Source: Alloascoidea hylecoeti
Lineage: Eukaryota
Assembly (NCBI GenBank): GCA_001600815.1
Contig: BCKZ01000014.1
Span: 558,001-622,000, forward strand
Length of the DNA stretch: 64,000 nt
Reading direction: 5' to 3'
Shown piece by piece: positions 46,362 through 57,216 of the stretch; within the stretch, counting starts at the first letter, position 1; each line of letters opens with the position of its first letter. The notes beneath the pieces were generated by a model that saw only the letters and a program-made list of their open reading frames with translations, searched no databases and was not told where the DNA came from. The position numbers were made by a program, and so were the translations under genes.

Positions 46362-48194
46362 TCAATAGTTTAATACTGACTTCAGCGTGAATGTCATGAT
46401 AGTAGGAAGTGAGATGATTAACATGCCGTATTCTATTAGGAGTGTAATTGCAACACAATCCAATTCAACATGTGAACTTGGAGGTGAATAAAAAGCAGTG
46501 AGGAACATATTTGTATTCTGTGTAGGAACAGCAGCTGTTAAAACAAGTAAGAATGGTGCCAATCTATTTGTATCTGGAATCCAACCTATATCCATTAACT
46601 TCCTAGCTAAGAGCATGAACATTATGGGAGTTATTATAAGGCGCATTATACTTAAAAGGAGAATTGTTCCATAAAACTTATATGGGAAATCACCTAGTTT
46701 AAGCCTAGCTATAGAAGATCCTAATTGCATGAGCCCCATAGGAACACTAGCTGCACCAACGAAGGATGTTATATCCATCACAAAACTTAATATCGGATTT
46801 CCATCTGGAGCATCTGGAAGTTTTGCAGTCGCTGCATTTGTGAATAGTGCTCTGACCCAGGGTATCATAGTTAATATCAATGCAACAAAAACAGTTAAAC
46901 CAACTGGCTTTGCAAAGTTAGCTAAGAAGAACAATAAACTTTTTTGGATGTTTTGCACAAAATTTCTCTTCTTCTTATGATTATTAGATCCAAACACATC
47001 ATCATCAACATCTATATCTGAATTAACTGGCCTAACAGAAATTGGCTGGATAGCACTATCTGATATAATACTTGTAGATCGTTCAATTTTTAAGTTTAAC
47101 TGTTTAGCATTGAATATTATTTCCGCTTCACTATAAACTCGAACTAAGTCTTTTGTTGTTTCAGCTGATTTACTGTCTTGTTCAACATCANGAGATACCA
47201 TTCTTTTCAAGCCGGCGCTTTTGGAAATGGACTCAATTCTTCGAATTTTCATTGTATTTTCATCATAAGCTAAAGAGCTTACACTGGAGGAAGAATCGTT
47301 GATATTATTAGTCGTAATTTTATGAAAGCTATGGCTGGAACTTTGACCCAAAACAGCTATTTGATCCTCTGTTCTTTCAATATTGGTATCGGATTCTACT
47401 CTCTCTGTGGATTTCAAATGAAAAGAACTTTTTGCTTGATTATCTGCAATTGAGTTTCCAGTACCAGTTTTAACAGCACTCACCTTGGTATTCATGTTAT
47501 GCAAATCTTTATGCTTAACTGTGGAACTGAACATCTTCCATGGCCAGCTGCAGTTAATAAAAGTAACCCAAGTTTTTACACTTAAAATTGGGGTAAAATC
47601 CAGAGGCACTTCATTACATCTAACTTTTTCGGAATCTTGATCTGAAGAGTCTTCTTCGTCCACTGGGTTTAATCTATCTCTGAAGTCATTCTCAACTAAT
47701 CTATAGCCACCCAGATTCCAGAATGTTATCGTTCCAACAACACAATAAATCGAAGCATATGCAATACCTTTATCTGCTTCAGAACTAGTATAAAGTGATG
47801 CATTTGCTAATGATTGTAAATAGGCAACGGGTAAATCACCAGAGTTTGACCATCCTGCTGCGGAAATCATACCCCCATGCCAAGTTTTGGGACCTGGAAA
47901 AAATAAAATAAGAAAGATACCTTGTATTAATCCTATAACTATATTTAATGTGGCACCAAATGCCAAGATACCTATAATTCGAAGATCAGAAGCATCAAGA
48001 GATGTAATTATTTTATTGAAATATAAACATGGCATTAAGCATAATAAAAGTGTTGTAGATATAGCTCTGCCTGTTTCAACTGTAAGAATTTTTCTTTTCG
48101 TCAAAATGAATCCCATACACATATTTAGAAATATTTTGATCACTGGCTTTATAGAAATATAGATTGCTTTTCCTAAAGATAGAGAAGTTGCCAT
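46362..48194 (-). CDS. Auxin efflux carrier (AEC/Mem_trans) family transporter, Ecm3/Ynl095c-like
   Basis: IYISIKPVIKI, WSNSGDLPVAY, a central hydrophilic loop, LPDAPDGNPILSF and GAASVPMGL. One ambiguous base. Confidence 0.85.
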   Translation of the reverse strand: MATSLSLGKAIYISIKPVIKIFLNMCMGFILTKRKILTVETGRAISTTLLLCLMPCLYFNKIITSLDASDLRIIGILAFGATLNIVIGLIQGIFLILFFPGPKTWHGGMISAAGWSNSGDLPVAYLQSLANASLYTSSEADKGIAYASIYCVVGTITFWNLGGYRLVENDFRDRLNPVDEEDSSDQDSEKVRCNEVPLDFTPILSVKTWVTFINCSWPWKMFSSTVKHKDLHNMNTKVSAVKTGTGNSIADNQAKSSFHLKSTERVESDTNIERTEDQIAVLGQSSSHSFHKITTNNINDSSSSVSSLAYDENTMKIRRIESISKSAGLKRMVSXDVEQDSKSAETTKDLVRVYSEAEIIFNAKQLNLKIERSTSIISDSAIQPISVRPVNSDIDVDDDVFGSNNHKKKRNFVQNIQKSLLFFLANFAKPVGLTVFVALILTMIPWVRALFTNAATAKLPDAPDGNPILSFVMDITSFVGAASVPMGLMQLGSSIARLKLGDFPYKFYGTILLLSIMRLIITPIMFMLLARKLMDIGWIPDTNRLAPFLLVLTAAVPTQNTNMFLTAFYSPPSSHVELDCVAITLLIEYGMLIISLPTIMTFTLKSVLNY

Positions 48195-49644
48195 TTTTAT
48201 TATCCAGTTTTTAGCTTATTACAATTGCAAAAATTTCATATACCTAAGTTCAAAATGAATTATTGTTATTATAAATGTTACAATTGAAAGTTGTTAAAAT
48301 TTTCAGCAAATCCAGAGCCTATAACCTTACAATTGTAATTATATCATGATCTATGGTTTATAATTTAACTTGTAATTATATAACGTTATACACCGGTCAT
48401 GAATTTGTAACGCCCTTTGAAACATTGATAGAATATTCCAGCGTTAAACCAAGACAATGGGCTACTTGTTAACGTTGCAATCGGATAAAAGCCTTAAAAT
48501 AGTCTAGACATCTGTACTTGCTGGATCAACCAGTTCACTCATGTGTATTTGAGCTTCATATTTATCTGGATTCTGGATAGATTTCTACATTCGTGAAAAT
48601 ATTAATTTTATTGAAAGTTTTATTAAAATCATTATATCAATAATTAACTATTATAATTATTAATGTCATTAGTAACTCTTCTTTTATATTTATAATTTAT
48701 TTACGACTGTTTTGCGAAACATAAGTTTAGCAGTTGCGATATATTGTATATTAATGTGTTTAGTAAAGCAGCCTCTGATAGATTTAATATAAATTACAAT
48801 GAAAGAATCTGAAGTTGTAAACGATCTTATTTCTATTAAAGATGATAGCAAATCACTTTTATCTATTTTAGAATAATTAATAGCAATAATCTGTATCAAG
48901 CGTAGCTGCTCTAGAAGAAGCAGAAGAAGGACGGGGTTTCTATAATTATCCGAGCTTGCGATCGCGATCGAGTAAAATACAGTATATAAATTCCATCTTT
49001 TTATAGCGCTATTTTCGAGAATAATTACCAAATAGGTGGAAAGATTGTATCTATACTAGATTAGCTAACATAATAGTATTTAATAATTATAAAACATCCA
49101 GAAGAATTTCTCTGGAAGGCTTTATAAATTAATTAATGTATATGAGATGCATAGCCACTATTAGCCACCCACTTATAATTATATCTATCTCACAATTGCA
49201 AGTAGAAACTTTTCAGCCACAAATTAAATCTATATACAGGAAGTTATATTGTGTAAGTCGTATTTTAACCGCCGATCAAGCTCAGGTATAAGCTTATGTT
49301 TTTTCCAAGGAATTTATTTAAATTTCCTGAGCGTATAGATTATATATGATTATATATCAATTGAAAGACATTAATTATGTATATCACCACTATAACTTAT
49401 ATAACACAAATTAATACCATATATCTGGTACCAGTTATAACGTGATGATGTTTAATTAGAGATCCTAATTAAAGAATCACCTTTATAAAATTATATAGTA
49501 GTAATAGAATTCGAACTTAGAATATTAGTAATATATAATTGTATAACATCATTAGGTATACACACGTATTCATATAAAAATATCTCTCCGATTTGCTTCC
49601 ATAACCATCTATACCATATACATCTCAATATAATGATGATTAGC

Positions 49645-51252
49645 TTAATCTGTGATTTTAGTTCTCCATGGTGTAATGTAACTAGAGGACTGAAATAGCT
49701 CTTCGACTTCCTCTGCACTTAATCCTTTAGTTTCAGGAATTCCTAGAAAAACAAAAATTATTGAGAAAATCAAATAACCTGTGAAGAAATAACCATAATA
49801 AAACCCATAGTTACGTATTATAGAAGGAGATGAAAAAGAAAGAAAGAACCCATATAGACAATTTGCAGCAACTGAAACTGCCATTGCCTTTGATCTGATT
49901 CTTTGTGGATATATTTCTGACACAACTATAGAAGCGCAAGGTGCCCAAGTAATGGCAAAGGTTGCAATATAAATACAAACAACTGCAATCAAGACAATAC
50001 CCACTTTCTTGTCTGGACTATCATTAGGGCCATTAGGATAGAGAGAAATAATTGCCAGTGTAGTAAACAATCCAAAACATATTGCCATAATTAATGAGCC
50101 ACAAATCAGATTTTTTCTTCGTCCAAATCTTTCAGAGGTGTATAAAGCAATAATGGTTGATACAAAATTAAAGGATGCAAGCACCATATGAACTTGAAAT
50201 GGATCTTCAACACCAACCTGTCTAAAAATTTCACCGCCATAGAAAAAAAAATAGTTAATACCTGTAAGTTGTAAAAGAATTTCGAGTATAACCCCTAAAA
50301 GTAATCTGTGAAATATTTTTGGTTTCCCATTAAATAGTTCTAACCAAGAACTTGATCCATTGGTTTCTTCTCTAGCAAAAGAATCCATTATCTCTTCAAG
50401 TTCCTTATTAACCTTTGGGTCTGATTCTGCTAACTCGTTTGTTTTAGCAATGGCCTTTCTAGCAAGATTGTATTTTTTTTCTTTAACGAGATATGTTGGA
50501 GATTCTGGCATAAAACACATTCCAATAATAAGTGTAATTGCCCAAATGAATGATAATCCTAATGGAAGTCTCCATTGAATTGAGCCAATTTTACCTCTAC
50601 TAAATTTATTAACACAAGCGCCAACGAAGATTCCCAATGTGATCAATAATTGAAACGTTGATACAAAAGTACCACGAAGTGTCTTTGGTGCAGTCTCAGA
50701 AATAAACATTGGCGATAACACTCCCAGAGATCCAGCACCAATCCCAGATAAGACTCTACCAATAATAACTTGAATATAGGAACTCGTGGATGTGATTTGA
50801 ATTAATATCCCAATCATATAAATACAAGAACCAATTGTGATTCCAATCCTTCTACCCAATATCTCGCCTGTCTTAGCTAACAGGATCCCACCAAAAGCAC
50901 AGCCAAGGCCAAAAACACCAACTATAAGACCAACAATAGAGGGATCTATCGAATATGAACCATTGCTCTGTAGTTTTCCAAATGTTTCTAAAAAGGACGG
51001 CATTTGAAAAAAGCCGCCAATGGTACCTGTATCCCAGCCAAGCAAAAACCCACCAAACGCAACAAGGACACAAAAGAAATAATTTGATAGATAATTTTTG
51101 AACCCAGGAGTTTCTTCACTAATTGAATCTGTATTGGTCGTACTTTCTTGTTTATAGTCCTGATTCATTTGCATGGTGCCATGAGAATCAGTCTCCTTTT
51201 CGTTCCCTTCCATAATTTCTGAACGAGTTAATTCTCTATTTAACGTGCTCAT
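49645..51252 (-). CDS. Sugar porter family hexose transporter (HXT-like)
   Basis: FGGFLLGWDTGTIGG, PMFISETAPKTLRG, QLTGINYFFFYG, PESP and PETKG motifs; 12-TM pattern. Confidence 0.92.
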   Translation of the reverse strand: MSTLNRELTRSEIMEGNEKETDSHGTMQMNQDYKQESTTNTDSISEETPGFKNYLSNYFFCVLVAFGGFLLGWDTGTIGGFFQMPSFLETFGKLQSNGSYSIDPSIVGLIVGVFGLGCAFGGILLAKTGEILGRRIGITIGSCIYMIGILIQITSTSSYIQVIIGRVLSGIGAGSLGVLSPMFISETAPKTLRGTFVSTFQLLITLGIFVGACVNKFSRGKIGSIQWRLPLGLSFIWAITLIIGMCFMPESPTYLVKEKKYNLARKAIAKTNELAESDPKVNKELEEIMDSFAREETNGSSSWLELFNGKPKIFHRLLLGVILEILLQLTGINYFFFYGGEIFRQVGVEDPFQVHMVLASFNFVSTIIALYTSERFGRRKNLICGSLIMAICFGLFTTLAIISLYPNGPNDSPDKKVGIVLIAVVCIYIATFAITWAPCASIVVSEIYPQRIRSKAMAVSVAANCLYGFFLSFSSPSIIRNYGFYYGYFFTGYLIFSIIFVFLGIPETKGLSAEEVEELFQSSSYITPWRTKITD

Positions 51253-52606
51253 TTAAAATATGATAATCAACAACCTGTAATAAAAAGAAATAAGTTGGAA
51301 TTAATTTTTGGAAAACTAAATAATCACTATATTTATTGCTTTTCAGTATAAGATCATAGCGCTGATATAACTAAGTTTTATAGCTTGATCAAACACAAAA
51401 TAAAATTATTATTATGCATGCATATTTTTATGAATGCAGTTAATATGAAGACAGTTAACAATAGAGAATATTTTCATAACGACAACTATTTATTGAGATA
51501 AGCTTTAAATTTCATTATTAATGATAAATATTACGAGTGGTAGTTCAGGTTATGTCATAATCTATGGATTTTAGATAATGTATACTTAAACATTTGTAAT
51601 TTATTATTAATCGATCACAATTGATTGCATGGTACCTTTAATTTTCAGCAATACTGTGATTACATTAGTTTAATAGAATATATATACTACTAGCCATGAT
51701 AATCAGTTTGCGATTCATTTCTTTTAAAATTAATATAAATGTTGTAATTGTTGCTCCACAGCTTTAGTTATAGTATATTTTTTTATATAGAATTATGTAA
51801 AAATATGCCATAAAGATCCTATTAGTAGGCATAGTTTCAAACGGAAAGTCTACTAAGTATATAAGTAACTGCAACTTTTGAATAATCTTTTCATGAACTA
51901 AATTAAGCTTGGAATGCCCCACAAGTTCTAACTATAATTCCTACGTAGTACCTATATAATTATAATTATAGTATCCCTGTTATATCAAGTATTTACTAAA
52001 ATGTGATGGCCCAAATAGTATTTTAGGAGTATTTGTCAATTATGTTTTATTCGTTTTCATTCAACTACTCCTCCTTGTTCTTATATACTTGTAAGATGGA
52101 GCAGTTTTAAAATAAATTAAAATAGCCAGCGTGATAAACACACACACATGTATAAATAGGAATGAAACATTCAAATTCCAATATTGAGATCCAGTATTGC
52201 AATTGTAGAGTATGGCTGATCATCGATCGTGGAAATTTCAAAACTTACCTTGAAAAATATTAACCAAAAAAATAATTGTTTGGATATCGGAAATAGATGT
52301 ACAAATATTGATTGTTGAGTATTGAGTATGTAAAAAAATATTATTGAAAAAGAGAGCTATCTACTTATGCTCATAATTTAATTGCAATTGTACTAAATTT
52401 ATATTCGAAATAATAATATTTTTATGTATGCTTTAAAATAAAAAATAATGAATTAAAATTTATTTAGATACTAATAAGAATGACTATATAGTTAATAATA
52501 GGAAATAAAGGGAAAGTATACTAGTACTAGTGTTAATTTGAAATCAAGCTTTTTAACATGTTCTGTTTTTTGCTTTTGTGTTTACTTCATGTGTATAAAT
52601 GCCAAT

Positions 52607-53530
52607 TTAAAAATCACAGTTGATATTATATTTTGGTTTACCATCATCACCAAAAACACCCCAATGTTTTTCAACATCAGAAGTACCAGAAGTGTTTGGT
52701 TTCCATTCTTCATCGAAAGCTTCAAAAGCTAAGATATTGATACCCCAAGCACGTAAGGAGCAAATACCCTCTTGCCAGAAAGTCTGGGCATTTGAAGTAG
52801 AAGGATAAGAAGCTTCAAAGTTTGTACCATCAGTTGGCCATCCGGTTTCACCGACCCAAAATGTAATATCAGTAGAACCTTTGGCTGTCTGAATTGTTTG
52901 AAGTGCTTGCATTGTATCATCTAAGAATGAATATGAGGAGTTTTGCATGGTTTGTCCTTGCCAGTATGAAAAAGCATTAGATAAAACGATATCTGATGCT
53001 TGAATAACAGGTGTTGCGTAGCCATCAACAAGAATATTCCATGAATCAACTGTACCAACTGGCACACCAGAAAATGAATTACCATCTTTATCCTTAATAT
53101 TTTTAATAAAATCACGAATGTTATTGATTTTATCAGCAAGCTCTTGAGGAGTCAAATCTTTTCTATACAAAGCTTCAGAACCAACGAGTACTGCTTGAAC
53201 GTTTGAAGTTGATAATAATGGTAAATAACTGGACAAAGCATTTTTTTCATCGTTAAAATGAGCATCATCATTTGGCCATACACCAACAAATAATTTAAAA
53301 CCTGCTTCTTGAACTGCTGGAGCAATATTTTGTAAAGTGTTACAATCAGAAGAAGCATATACTTTTACTGTTGTAGCATAAGATTTCAAAATATTGAAAT
53401 CGTTTAAATAATCATTTGTGGTTTTGCATTGACCAGAATTAGTTTTAACACCAAGGTTAAATCCAAGAGATCCAGCCGCTAATGCTTGGGAAGCAAGTCC
53501 TAAAATAGATAAAGAAGATAGAAGTTTCAT
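52607..53530 (-). CDS. BGL2: Cell-wall endo-beta-1,3-glucanase/glucanosyltransferase (GH17)
   Basis: Starts at MKLLSSL (ATG 53530). LGFNLGVK, VGSEALYR, NAFSYWQG, WVGETGWP and FEAFDEEWKP. Confidence 0.95.
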   Translation of the reverse strand: MKLLSSLSILGLASQALAAGSLGFNLGVKTNSGQCKTTNDYLNDFNILKSYATTVKVYASSDCNTLQNIAPAVQEAGFKLFVGVWPNDDAHFNDEKNALSSYLPLLSTSNVQAVLVGSEALYRKDLTPQELADKINNIRDFIKNIKDKDGNSFSGVPVGTVDSWNILVDGYATPVIQASDIVLSNAFSYWQGQTMQNSSYSFLDDTMQALQTIQTAKGSTDITFWVGETGWPTDGTNFEASYPSTSNAQTFWQEGICSLRAWGINILAFEAFDEEWKPNTSGTSDVEKHWGVFGDDGKPKYNINCDF

Positions 53531-53777
53531 TTTTCGTGCTGATTTTCCAATAAAAGAATACTTAACAAAGAGTGAACGATGAAAGAACAAGAGGAATGGA
53601 AAAGATCTCGACGGGAAAAAGACACAGTGGTAAAAATAGATCCATAGCAAACTTTTAAAAACATCCGGACATCGTAAACAGTCGTAAAAAGTCGTAAACC
53701 TTATTATGCATAAAACATTAAACAATCCCTACAAATATGTGGAATATGGCAATTGCTCACCCGATGGAGAATTTGCG

Positions 53778-53812
53778 CACGTGACACAACATGGGTCTAG
53801 ATGTCCGGGTAA
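53778..53812. promoter_or_regulatory. Cbf1-type CACGTGAC and Reb1-type CCGGGTAA in the BGL2/GLC8 divergent promoter
   Basis: Exact matches at 53778 and 53805. Confidence 0.55.
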
Positions 53813-53891
53813 ACTGATGAGTAGTTTCTCTCCAACTCCTGAAATCAAACGATTACAACAAAACGACTAAGTTTGATTTTATTTCAAAAAG

Positions 53892-54572
53892 ATGGATGAA
53901 CATGAAGAACAACCAGTAAAAGGAATTCTCAGAAATGCTCCTCCTCCCGGTTCGTACGATAAGCAGGTTCTTGCAGACTATGATAGAAAAAAGGTTCTAG
54001 AAAATACAATGGCAAATGCTCAATTAACTACCGAACAAAGACAGAAAATATTAGAAAGGAAGCAAAGATTAGAAGATAAGATAAATAAAGCATTGAATAG
54101 AGGACCGGGCGGCGCCAATTCGGGAACTAGCAGTGGTAATGTGACAAATAACATTCATGTCCCCAGAGATGCCAATGGCAATGGTGAAGAAGACTCCCAT
54201 TTGCAATGGGATGAAGCAAAACTTTATTTGACAGATCAAGAAAAGGCAATTTATACAATGAAGATTTCCGAGCCAAAAACTCCTTATCAAGGAGGGGTTG
54301 ATCCGACAAACGATTATTATAGATCCGATAATGAAAGTGATGTTGAAGGATTTTCATTGGGAGAACCTGAATTCGTGGTGCCAGCAGCTAAATTGGTCGA
54401 AAGTAAAGAAGAAGATGAGTCGGAGGAATCCTCACAAGAGGAGGAACATGTATTAACACCGGAGGAGAAACATAAAAAATTTGAGGAAATGAGGAAAGCT
54501 CATTATCATATGAAGGGTGCGGTTCTGAAAGGACACGTTCCGTTGGCCGAAGAATACGAAGAAGAACAATGA
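53892..54572 (+). CDS. GLC8: Protein phosphatase 1 inhibitor-2 homolog
   Basis: KGILR (SILK-type), LQWDE, MKISEPKTPY and FEEMRKAHY. Confidence 0.9.
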   Translation: MDEHEEQPVKGILRNAPPPGSYDKQVLADYDRKKVLENTMANAQLTTEQRQKILERKQRLEDKINKALNRGPGGANSGTSSGNVTNNIHVPRDANGNGEEDSHLQWDEAKLYLTDQEKAIYTMKISEPKTPYQGGVDPTNDYYRSDNESDVEGFSLGEPEFVVPAAKLVESKEEDESEESSQEEEHVLTPEEKHKKFEEMRKAHYHMKGAVLKGHVPLAEEYEEEQ

Positions 54573-54838
54573 TACATTATAAATTATGATTATAAGAGAT
54601 TTAAATAATGAGTCTAGAATAGTAAGAGAACCCTCAGGTCGGATTATGTAATTATATCCTAATAATATGAAATGGCGTGAGGCGTTACCCTCACTTAGCT
54701 AATGTCTCCGCATAAAGGCCTCTTTACTTCGGCCTAATTAAAATCCGATGTTTTTCCAAATCGAGAGGTAAGCACCTGCTACGGACTTCCCGTTAACGTT
54801 AACGCTGCTGCCGAATTACAGTCACAAATGTCCGCCGT

Positions 54839-54936
54839 CCGGGTAAGCAGGCGGTGCCCGAAATACCCAGTTTGAGAAGGTATGCTTCCCAAATAGGCTT
54901 AGCATGATTAGCTGCAGTTTTTTTTTCCTATAAATA
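54839..54936 (+). promoter_or_regulatory. Orphan promoter: Reb1-type site, poly(T), TATA box
   Basis: CCGGGTAA at 54839-54846, a T run near 54918-54926 and TATAAATA at 54929-54936, inside a GC-rich island with no long ORF downstream. Confidence 0.55.
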
Positions 54937-55351
54937 AGTGGCCTCCCCTCCTATTTTCCTCGTCGCCACTTTTTTTTTCGACACCTCATCACAACTCTTC
55001 TATTTTTGCATGTTTCAAACTAACAGTCTATCAGTTACTTGATAGTCACGTCTTTTATAGTCGTACCCACCTCTCCTAGTGTTTCGCCGTCCCTCTCAAC
55101 GTTAAGTAATTATCTCAGGCCATAGGTGGTCCTTTTTCATGCCATGTTAGATACATTTACAAGTACATTCAGATGTTTTCGTGTTCATTCAGTATATATC
55201 TCTTAAACTTTCAGGAATAGTTTCCTATACCAGTGCCGCTCAAGACTTCAATACCAACTTGGAATACGTCTTCGACTAACACCCGGTTTCAGCGTAGCAT
55301 AACCGCGAACCGTTTAAGTCAAATAATTACAAATATTTTTTTATCCGATAA

Positions 55352-55703
55352 ATGAAATCAATAAATATATCTCACATCTTGATCCTGGATTACTTTTTCT
55401 TAAATATGGTTTCTGAATATCACAACAACCCCGTTCAACTACCCAGTTTGATTTCACAATACTTATGTCTTTTTCTAGTATTTACTGTATGGTGGCATTG
55501 TCGGTAAGTGATCCCTTCATTAACTCTTTCTAGGAATAAAATAAAATAGGTAATCAGTCCAATTATTATCGATCTCCATTTACATTTTACAGTTTATTAC
55601 AATGGTAGTATATCCATTGCTTCGCAGTTTGCTTTTCTGTTTGGCCTTTGAGTCCAGTTCTGCTCGAATTTTATATCCAACCAAGTCTTACACAGTAAGT
55701 TAA
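55352..55703 (+). other. Cluster of overlapping micro-ORFs (51/33 aa ending VFTVWWHCR; 22 aa; 33 aa)
   Basis: 55352 or 55406 to 55507: (MKSINISHILILDYFFLN)MVSEYHNNPVQLPSLISQYLCLFLVFTVWWHCR*. 55465-55533: MSFSSIYCMVALSVSDPFINSF*. 55602-55703: MVVYPLLRSLLFCLAFESSSARILYPTKSYTVS*. Confidence 0.4.
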
Positions 55704-57216
55704 TATTTCACGGGTGCAATAAAGTTAATTATAAATTCTCGCCTATAATACTTTAAAAACATGATGATGGAAAGGAGAGGTTTGTAATACCTGTTAACGA
55801 AGTAAAACCGCAAATTTATAAATTAAATGATAATTTTTTTAAATAAAATTAAATAATGTTTGATGATACAGTTTGTTTTGATACGAAATGGTAATGAATT
55901 ATGATAAGGTTTTTTTGATAGTTAAGCTTGTTGCTTTTAATTGGTTATGGGGATTTTGAATTTGATTATGATGCTTATGATTGATTGTATATCTATGTTT
56001 TGGATGACTTTTTCTAGATTCTGGTTTTTGGTTATTTAGTTTTTAGGTATGTTTCTTTTTTATTTGCTTTGTGATGAGGTTTTTTTTGTTTCTCTTATGA
56101 GGAACTTGACTCAAGTGGGAAGGATCCTGCTTGGGTGAAGTTTTTATAAAGTTTAAGCAAAATATTCATCACTGTGAATAAAACAGCTACATGTATCAGT
56201 CTTATGCAGAGAGCATGTTATTTTATTTTTTGTGTTGTATTAAATCTGCTTATTAGTTATTTAATTATACCTATTGTCCTCCTGTAGAAACTTAATTGTT
56301 ATAATTAGGCCTGACCTATATTAATTGCGTGAGCTGATTCTCATAATCAGGCTGCAGCAGTATATTTGTAAAGCAGCTAGCTATGTCATAATTAATAGTA
56401 AGTTTTTTTTTAAGGACAAACAAATAAAATTAGAAGTGAGTATTTATTAACACTGATTTATTCTGAATTATATAGATAAACACAGTCTCTTTGATAGAGA
56501 TGAGCCTAAATTGGGGTATTTGATGGTCATTGTCTCCGGAACCTGCATCATAAATCCATAACGATCTTAAATTTAACGGTCAGTTTGTAATTTTATTACC
56601 CGAGATTTAGTAGAGAAATAATGTTCCTAATTAGTTAACATCATTTTAAATCTTAACACAAACTCATATTCTATCTAAGAATACGGAAAGAGCTAGAAGC
56701 TAGACAACTACAACTAGCTACTTATGTACTCTTTGACTCTATTTCTAATAAATACTTTTTTTTAGCTACAATCTATACTTCATATACTTTTAATTTATTA
56801 TACCTATGAACTTTCGCTTAAAATCTAACCAATTTGAGAATATTTCAACTGTAAGTGGACCAAATGAGCATTATATTATATAGCAATCACTATACTGAGC
56901 AGAAGTTTTACTGAATTTATTAGACCACATATGCATGTTTAAGTTCAAGGTAATTATTAATCTTTGAATTAACTCATATTAGTCGTATGAAACTTTTAAT
57001 GCTTTGTTTGCATCTAAATTTATAAATTTGTGTTTCAGTTACAATTGAGTTAAAACCTTTAAAAAATGTCATATAAAACTTTATTCTTATTTTTATCAAT
57101 CGCGATCGCGAGTTTCACAATGATTTAGTATCGCAGCCGTATAATACCCTTGTCATCGTATATTTCTATATATAATCCATTTCCCCATGTGATTTCCCTA
57201 ATTATTAACATAAATA

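Noticed and set aside
53531..53725. Upstream extension of the BGL2 ORF
   Set aside because: Non-ATG start; the signal peptide begins at MKLLSS (53530).
54900..56200. Telomerase RNA or snoRNA cluster as the identity of the orphan unit
   Set aside because: I could not identify a telomeric template (the repeat is unknown for this species), a clear Sm site, or paired C/D boxes in introns. Not excluded without covariance-model searches.
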